A stretch of 55,495 nt of DNA, counting the filler, from Sphacelaria rigidula (taxonomy: Eukaryota): NCBI GenBank assembly GCA_964200075.2. It is 6 parts of 6 records of this genome, joined end to end, with 100 filler letters (N's around TTAATTAATTAA, not from the genome) between each part and the next. Parts side by side here need not be neighbours in the genome. Positions count along the whole stretch, not along the records: positions 46,331 to 55,495 come from CAXNAA020009148.1; 5 more parts are not named here. One strand, written 5' to 3'. Below are positions 48,538 through 55,495 of the stretch, in pieces. Under the pieces are notes generated by a model that searched no databases, was not told the origin of the DNA, and was given only the letters and a program-made list of their open reading frames with translations. The position numbers were made by a program, and so were the translations under genes. Positions within the stretch are counted from its first letter, which is position 1. Each line of letters begins with the position of its first letter.

Positions 48538-50689
48538 CCACATTCCGCAGTTTCAACTGTCTCAGACCAAGAGTGGCGGGAAAAGCGGTGGACACTTCCA
48601 GCATGAAGAGCTCGCTTCACGGGCGGTGTGCGGAGGTGAAAAAAGCCCCATCACGCACGAAACCCATCACAGCACACATCGCAAGTGATTGCTACTGAAA
48701 TAAGGTCGCGTCCCGGTAGTACACGGCGAACTCGTGCAAGGTTCTCTAAATGCCTGCCCGACCCCGCGCGCATGGATTTCAAATCACACTTATATACAGT
48801 ACAGTATACATGTATGATACTGCTTGCTGTCTGTGTGTACGTGGTGTACCACCCCTCGCTCTGCCACATCTAGTACAGCGGTCGGTGTTGCAGCTGAGTG
48901 TGCATTCGCCCTAGGTGGCGCACGCAAGAGTAATAGGTCGCCTCTGCCGCTATAGTTCCTGCCTGTATCTTGAGCGGAGCTGTATCGTAGCACAGCCGCT
49001 ATGGGGCGCAAGCCGGCTGTAACAATTCATACCGCGTGGAAATTTCTACACTGTCTTGAAGTCATACTGCGCGCAATTTCCACTTTTGTACGAGTACTGT
49101 GCACGTCGCAGAAGGCAATAGCTTCTATACTGTGCACAGTATATGCTTTTAAATCGTATACTGACTGTAGAAAGCTCTTGTCTAGGGTGTAATACATTTC
49201 CATACATATCAGGCGGTGAGATCGTGACATTATCCACAGCACATGGCCGAAGTGGAAGTGAGGTAATCGCCGAAATATTCGCGTGCAAAGCCTGTGCGGC
49301 CGTACTCCGAGTTGATAACGCTAGAAGAACACCAGTGCAACGGCCATTTCGGCTACCGGCCTGTTTGCACGGCCGTCCCGGTAGTGATGGGACCGTCTGT
49401 ACCGGGATGTCGCCCCCAGTGCCAGGTATGCCGGCAAGGGTCCGTGACACTACCCACTGATCGCGCGACAGGAGCTTAATCTTCGACTGTCGAGATTTTT
49501 TTAAGCGGAAATGTTCAGCTCCCAACCCTCACATATACGGCGGGCCATAAACGACGCTTGTTTGCTGGGTCCTCGAGCGTTCGTCCATAACTGGGCGAAG
49601 ATTGATGATGAGGCCGGCAGGATCCGTCGCAGCCTGCGTGCTCAACTGTCACTGTACCCACTGTATCTAGCCGTCATCAGACAGCAGGGTGTTGAAAAAA
49701 TAAAATGCCACGCACCGTGGGTATCCACCGTATCAATGCACTCCAGGCCATCAACGACTTCTCCTACTGCAGCTGTGACTGCGACCCCTTCCTCTAATAC
49801 CAATCTACACATTCTTCAGTGTTCTTCACCATGCTTTTGTGGATTGTTGTGTTCGCATAATTGGGGCATACGTTACGCAGATATGACCGTGTTGGAGGCT
49901 TCACGCCAAAACTAAATGATGAGGGATCTCAGATCATTCGACTTGTGTTTGCTGCTGACTAAGTCAAGGCAATATCCAGCTGTTTTCTACTGCTTTGCTC
50001 CCATGTTCTCGCGACATTCGCTGCATAACCGCTGTCTTCGTGTTCCCAAATCGTCGAGAACGCAAAGAAAATCACGGTGAAAAAATACCCCGCCATGAGC
50101 AGGCTGTTGTGGTTCTTGTTTGAAGTTTTCCACGATCTTGGGGAAGGCTTTTGTGGTTCGGGATCGACACCGCGGGAAAAAGAGCCAGCGTGGGCGACTT
50201 TCGATGGCCAGAACACGCGCCACAGGTATTAGATGACACCGAAAGCTGAAAGGTAATGTACCGCTGCACCTTCTTCGTGGACTGCAAAAGAAACCGCGTC
50301 ATAAGATGCCTTGCCGCCTAAGGAAACTCGGCGAAAGTGGTGAAAAAAGTGAAATTATACATGTACATATATACTATTAATAGTTTATGTATTTGTGGAC
50401 GAACACGTTCCTGCGGTTCCTGCGGTTCCTGGGGTAGGTCCGTGATTCCGATCTCTTAGACAACAGCCACGATTATCGTTTCCCACGACCAACAGCTTGC
50501 TAGCTGTCTGGTTCCCAAGAAGATAATGAATCTCTCTAGGACTGTCTACCTGTGTATGCTCCACACTACACCCATTAACCCAGATTCTACTGCAAGTAGA
50601 GCATGACACAGCGTCCACGAAATATAGCCCGTATTCCGTGAGAGCATTAATCGTGTTGTCATAAGGAATATAGTTTTATCAAGTCAAAT

Positions 50690-51015
50690 GCCGGTCGCCC
50701 CGGTGGCTCAGTCGGTAACTTCGAAACCGTTTGACGGTTGGGTCGTGGGTTCGAATCTCGGAGCGATCTGGGATTTTCGGTGAGCGACTATGTCGTGGGT
50801 ACACAACATTCGACTCAACGGCCGACGAGGGAAAGAGACTGCTGAATCTCTCTCGGCGATGAAAAATAAAGGCGAGCACCGCAGAAGGGAGGAGGAGAAC
50901 TAAAACAAACAAAGAAGAAAAAACTCCTGTGTTGGCATTCCTCCTGTGTGACCCCGGCTCGTGCGCCCAGATATACCGAAATGTGTAGACCGGCGTCCAG
51001 AATAGATGGGACGAC

Positions 51016-51055
<40 letters not shown>
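50690..51055 (+). mobile_element. tRNA-derived SINE with (CA)n tail
   Basis: A-box TGGCTCAGTCGG, B-box GGTTCGAATC, (CA)~20 tail, and TSD CAAGTCAAAT/CAAGTCAGAT (50680-50689, 51056-51065). Confidence 0.88.
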
Positions 51056-51058
<3 letters not shown>

Positions 51059-51426
51059 GTCAGATTTTTTTCGCAAAAAATGAAGACCTGGTTTGTTCAG
51101 CTGAGTATATAGTTCATGCGTTGTTGTAAGCGCAACACGTATTTTCACACGTGTTTCGAGCGGCCAAGTCGAGCTATAGGGTGGATTCACGGATAAAAAA
51201 AGCCGCCGAGGGGGTTGGCTAACCTTTCGACTGCACAGCCTTATTTTTCAATAATCTTCACTGCAGGAGCATTAAGTGCAGGACCGCGGAGTCATATTTC
51301 TTGTTTTGATTCGGCATGATGATATAATAATAGACTAACCCCCGGTGATTTCAAGTGTTGACCGAGGTCTACAAAGCAACTCCCTCCTCGCCCCTCCCCC
51401 CCTATTCCCCATCCTTCTCCTGCCCC

Positions 51427-51760
51427 GCGCAAAGGGGATCGTACCATGTGATGTCTAAATGGAGAGCAACCTATGGAACAGTGTGTAACCTGTGGCTGTC
51501 TCTGGAAATGACGATACCACAAAATGAGGCAACTCGTTGCAGGCTGTCGTCCATTTGCAAGATAATCAGTACGCTTCAGGCCGACCACTCGTAATAGGAT
51601 GCGGCTCATCCTCCATGCGACTCACCGAACACATCACGGGTGCTTCGCGCCTGGTGATTGCGAGCCGGTCTGGCGGAAACCCGGCGTGCTCTGTCCCGGC
51701 TTTGTAGGGATGTGAGGTCACATGTCTTATCACTACGGCATGCAAGATCATGAGTATACC
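51427..51760 (+). mobile_element. Poly(C)-tailed retroposon variant ending at the inner monomer
   Basis: Ends ...GCATGCAAGATCATGAGTATACCCCCC. Degenerate 20-bp TSD CCCCATCCTTCTCCTGCCCC / CCCCGTCCCTCTCTTGCCCC (51407-51426, 51761-51780; 17/20). Confidence 0.82.
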
Positions 51761-51816
51761 CCCCGTCCCTCTCTTGCCCCTGACGGCGTGTGCTGGGTTT
51801 CGTTTGTATGCCAAAG

Positions 51817-51985
51817 GTGGAAGCACAGGTGCTGGCGGGCGCGAAGCTCATGGAGGCTACCTCTGGTGGAGGAGGGAGGCGTTGGGGCACAAGAGGTCCC
51901 GTATGTTCCGGACAGGCGTATTTTATCACGGACGGTCAGCCGTGCCACTTGCAAGCGTTCATGGACGAAATTCTTGTTGGTCTCG
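51817..51985 (+). CDS. 3-beta-HSD / SDR42E1 / NSDHL-like extended SDR, internal exon
   Basis: VEAQVLAGAKL...SGQAYFITDGQP...FMDEILVGL matches the family GQAYFIxDGxP motif; aag|...|gtaagt boundaries. Confidence 0.85.
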
Positions 51986-52168
51986 GTAAGTAAGCGAAGC
52001 GCACGCTGACCACGTACTTCGAAGTATGAAGTCATAATCTTACGCGCTAGTACAGAAAGACTCGATTTTTTCATTTTCTTTGTTGAGATGCCTAGGTCCG
52101 CCGCGGGAGTGGGGGACGATGGAAGGGTATGGCTGTTTTTTTTCATTATTTTTATTCGCCCCTGCACG

Positions 52169-52170
<2 letters not shown>

Positions 52171-52202
<32 letters not shown>

Positions 52203-52225
52203 TGTGTGTGTGTGATGTGTGTGTG
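52171..52225. repeat. (GT)n microsatellite; (CT)n at 55001-55035, (TA)n at 54095-54117
   Basis: Direct inspection. Confidence 0.95.
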
Positions 52226-53329
52226 TTTTCTTGTCGAGGGGTGTTATACCCGGTTGAGATGTTGCTCTGTGTGCAAGTGTTCTGGACTGACGGAATAGTA
52301 GAGAGCGTTCCCATCATGTGTTGTCGGGCACCTGTGTGAGTATGATTTGTCTAGATAGTGACCTTGTATGGATGTACATGGTTTGTACGTGACGGACGAT
52401 TCGCTTGGCGGAACTTCCAGCTAAGCCACCCTACAGCGCTGAACGCCGGGCATGCGAAGTTGCGCAAACTTTTCTCTTAGGTTTCTCTGACTCGTGGGCA
52501 ACTTTTGTCCATCGCTCCCCCTTTTTTTCCCGTCACACTTCCTATCCCCCTCCCTCCTCGGGACGAGTCCATGGTCTTGAGGGATCAACGCACCTCCGGT
52601 ACGCTCCTTTTATTTTGGTCTCGCGGATTGGATCATGATCGCCAGTATTCCCGCCCCGCGTCTACTCTCGTAAAAAAAATATCATACGATTTTAGTGTAC
52701 TTCCGTCCTCTCTGACCCGAATAAACCCTGATAAATCTCCTTTGAGCGGTCTGGTGCTGGACATATCGTAATTTGGCTTACACAGTACCTTTTTAGGGGA
52801 GGTGTTGTGTGGGAGTGTGCGGTATATTGAAGGAAGGGCACAATGAGAGTGCTCGGCTGGTGAAACATGGTGGGCATGGAGAATTTGCCACACAGACGGA
52901 CGACATTTCCGGCTCGCCGTTGATATGTTTCCTGATATGCAAGTCGTTGCTGAGCAATAAAACCCTTTGGAATTTGATGGACTGCGGGCATGCTGTTCGA
53001 ATACCCGATGATGAAAGCGCGAGGCAGGTGCGCACGGAGGGAGATATGACTCGATTGATCCCTTGAGTGTAGGGAGTGGTCTAGACGAAGGGGAGGGCGG
53101 GGGGTTGGAAGCACAAGAAACAAGGTGAGACGAGCCCTAGCTGTGTGTGTGCGTGTGTGTGTCAGAGTGTATACATGTTCATGTGAGTATTCAAGGTCCG
53201 CGCCTCCTTGTCCTTTTTGGGCCCCCCACGTGTACATAGACAGTGGCATGCGAGAGAGATACAATAGTTTTGATTCTTGTGAACATTGCACACCTTGGAC
53301 AGCTGTGGTATACCTCATCCAGCGGGGAA

Positions 53330-53460
53330 AGGGTACCGTTGAGATATACCACATAACTCGGCCAGTGGAAATAGGTATCGCTGAGTATTACCGTAAGAAC
53401 AACTCGGCCAGTGGAAGTAGGTACCGCTGAGTTTTACCGTATAACGTAGCGCTGAGTTAC
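53330..53460. repeat. ~46-bp tandem repeat, about 2.5 units
   Basis: AACTCGGCCAGTGGAA.TAGGTA.CGCTGAGT.TTACCGTA twice, plus partial units. Confidence 0.8.
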
Positions 53461-54258
53461 GCGAAAATGAGTTCACTCGAGTTTATGTCAGTTGAGCTGT
53501 CTGAGGCGTGGTACACTGTGACGTGTTGGTGAGTTGAACTTCCGAGTGACGTAGTGGCACTGTTATTATATGGAATATGTCTTAGTCAAGAGTAACGGGT
53601 TTTCATTGGATCGCCTTTTGGTATGGTATCGTTATTGTCCATTTAGAGCTCTCGTGTGTGGTACTCAGTGTTGAATTGAATCTGCCGAGAAGAGCTGGTT
53701 TCCATGTTTTGTTTTGTTTTCCGAACTATGGTGTGATGAGCTTGGGGTTGCCAACGGGTGAACAAGAATTATGTCTACTTTTTGTTTTTTTTGCCGTTTT
53801 CGTGAGAATTTCTCTCGAGTTTTAACTCGCAGAGAAATTTAGAGGACAACAGCTTACTGATTTTTCAGGAGTTGTGGACATTGTTTCTAGTTTAGAATTT
53901 GGTGGTTTGTGAATTGATGTATTCATCATCGAATGCATTGATTAGTTTGTTGATCAGATGGTTGTTTCGTACCGCGTATTTTTTGTTGTTGTTTGATATG
54001 TTTACATTGTTTCCTGGAAAATGACGATCTCGTGACCACGTCAAAATTCCGAACAAACCAGCTAATTTGCGACAAGTATAGTCGATCAATATACATAATA
54101 TATATATATATATATACATATTCATCACGTTCAGGTATCAGCACTCCGGATAATATATGTATATATACATACATGAATAGGATGGTAACATGGTCAATGC
54201 TGGGCGTGAGTGTATCGATTTCGTTTACTGCTGTTGCTGTGACTACCCTCCTGAACAG

Positions 54259-54338
54259 ACTTTTCAACGAATAAGATCCTACGACTACCCACCGTTGTTG
54301 GACGACTGACAGCCTGGGTGGCAGAACTCATGTGCAAG
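54259..54338 (+). CDS. 3-beta-HSD / SDR42E1 / NSDHL-like SDR, next exon
   Basis: DFSTNKILRLPTVVGRLTAWVAELMCK fits the xxLP...AWxxE segment. Joins 51985 in phase 1; cag|...|gtgag boundaries. Confidence 0.78.
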
Positions 54339-54397
54339 GTGAGCCGCGTGGGTAGTGTCTGCTGCGCGGTCGACTGGGTGGAGATGGATTTCCATGT

Positions 54398-54877
54398 CAT
54401 GTACGACCATATTTTATGGCGACGACTCTCGCTTTGTACAAATATGAGGATTTCGGTCCGTCTACAGGCGATTTTCTCCCGTGAATTGATTTTTCGGACT
54501 CCAGTCTGTGGGCAATGTTAGTCGGCTAGCTGTGAGAAAACCAGATCAACTCTCCGATTCTCTGGACGTTGACTGTCGATACATCACCTTTCTGCTCAAA
54601 TCGGGACACTCCCGCATCTTCCCCGATTTTTTTTTAAATCGGGAAAAAATCGGGGGAGATGCAGGAGTGTCCCGATTTGAGCAGAAAGGTGGTGAACCGA
54701 AAGTGGACATCCAAAGAACCGAAGAATTGATCGGGTTTTCTCACAGCTGACCGAACAATATTGCCCAACGGACTGGGTCCGAAAAATCAATCCACGGGAG
54801 AAAATCGCCTGTAGACGGACTTAAACCCTCATATTCGTGCAAATCAAGATTCGTTGTCATAAAAGATGGTCTACGAG
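54398..54877. mobile_element. Foldback MITE, ~480 bp
   Basis: Inverted arms along the whole length (GTCCGTCTACAGGCGATTTTCTCCCGTG / CACGGGAGAAAATCGCCTGTAGACGGAC; CTGCTCAAATCGGGACACTCC / GGAGTGTCCCGATTTGAGCAG). Confidence 0.88.
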
Positions 54878-54998
54878 TAGTTGTTTGTCTCAAGAAAAGA
54901 AGACGGGCCAGCAGTTCTTGCGTCCGGCTAGGTAATGCTCCGTACCGACTGACCCATACATTCCCTCTTACAGTACCGTTTTGGAACGTGTCTTGAGG

Positions 54999-55038
<40 letters not shown>

Positions 55039-55421
55039 TTCTCTCGCATGAAAATGATTTTATCTTGTGTAATAATGATACTGTGTGTGTACGTCAGGTC
55101 GTTACTTGTTTTTTCACTATTATAGGAATATCCAGATGAAGTGTAGATTGGTGTATCCATCGATCGATTGTCGCAGATTGAGTCATCTGTTGCGAATCCG
55201 GTCGTGTTCCCAATACAGGCACACTCTTGTATATACATATTTTCTTCACATGTTTTCTTCTATCTTCATGTACACAAGGGTTTCGGCGGCTTTCTCCGCG
55301 AGCTTCAGTGGACCGACAGCCAAAAGTAAGAGACATGATAAAATAAGGGAAAAAGGAGCGCTAAGACGGAAAATAGACGAGGAAGGGGATAGGAATTAAG
55401 ATATATCTGCATGGCCCAATG

Positions 55422-55495
55422 GGTGCTCCATCTCAAAAGGGATGCGTGGTCAATGGTCACACGACTAAGGCAAGCAACAAATGAGTACGCCCCCC
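55422..55495 (+). mobile_element. Poly(C)-tailed retroposon, truncated copy running into the contig end
   Basis: GGTGCTCCATCTCAAAAGGGATGCGTGGTCAATGG...CAAATGAGTACGCCCCCC. Confidence 0.85.

Noticed and set aside
50690-50775. Functional tRNA gene
   Set aside because: A/B boxes are present but there is no complete cloverleaf. It continues into a SINE body with tail and TSD.
53330-53460. CRISPR-like repeat
   Set aside because: Only ~2.5 directly tandem units and no spacers.
55279-55325. Next exon of the SDR gene
   Set aside because: AG/GT-bounded, but the translation does not match the expected family segment.
18534-55495. Isoprenoid/lipid gene cluster (CCD + Mpv17 + sterol SDR)
   Set aside because: The genes lie on different, artificially joined contigs.

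Overview
Eukaryotic, intron-rich, repeat-rich DNA, most likely a brown alga (Phaeophyceae). That call is inferred from long introns, GC-rich exons, a CEP19-like gene, a carotenoid oxygenase and an RGG-type N-terminal extension. The window is NOT one locus. It is six contigs of 9167/9166/9166/9166/9165/9165 bp joined by identical 100-bp N44-TTAATTAATTAA-N44 linkers, i.e. size-sorted unplaced contigs, so all genes are partial and cross-gap adjacency is meaningless. Recognisable gene pieces: carotenoid cleavage dioxygenase (2 exons, -), CEP19-like (3 exons, +), Mpv17/PMP22 (2 exons, +), a 3-beta-HSD/SDR42E1/NSDHL-like SDR (2 exons, +), and three weaker orphan gene models. Mobile DNA: a 4.65-kb LTR element with Gag, protease and two integrase remnants but no RT, a degenerate RTE-type LINE, a CRE-like RT remnant, tRNA-derived SINEs and about eight foldback MITEs. 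The most striking signal is a non-coding retroposon family (8-9 pieces). It has an invariant 3' end with a poly(C) tail, variable 5' truncation and 14-20 bp target-site duplications ending in GGGG, which suggests target-primed insertion into G-tracts. Three other retroposon ends, with (CA)n, (CAA)n and (TAA)n tails, share a common 3' core motif.
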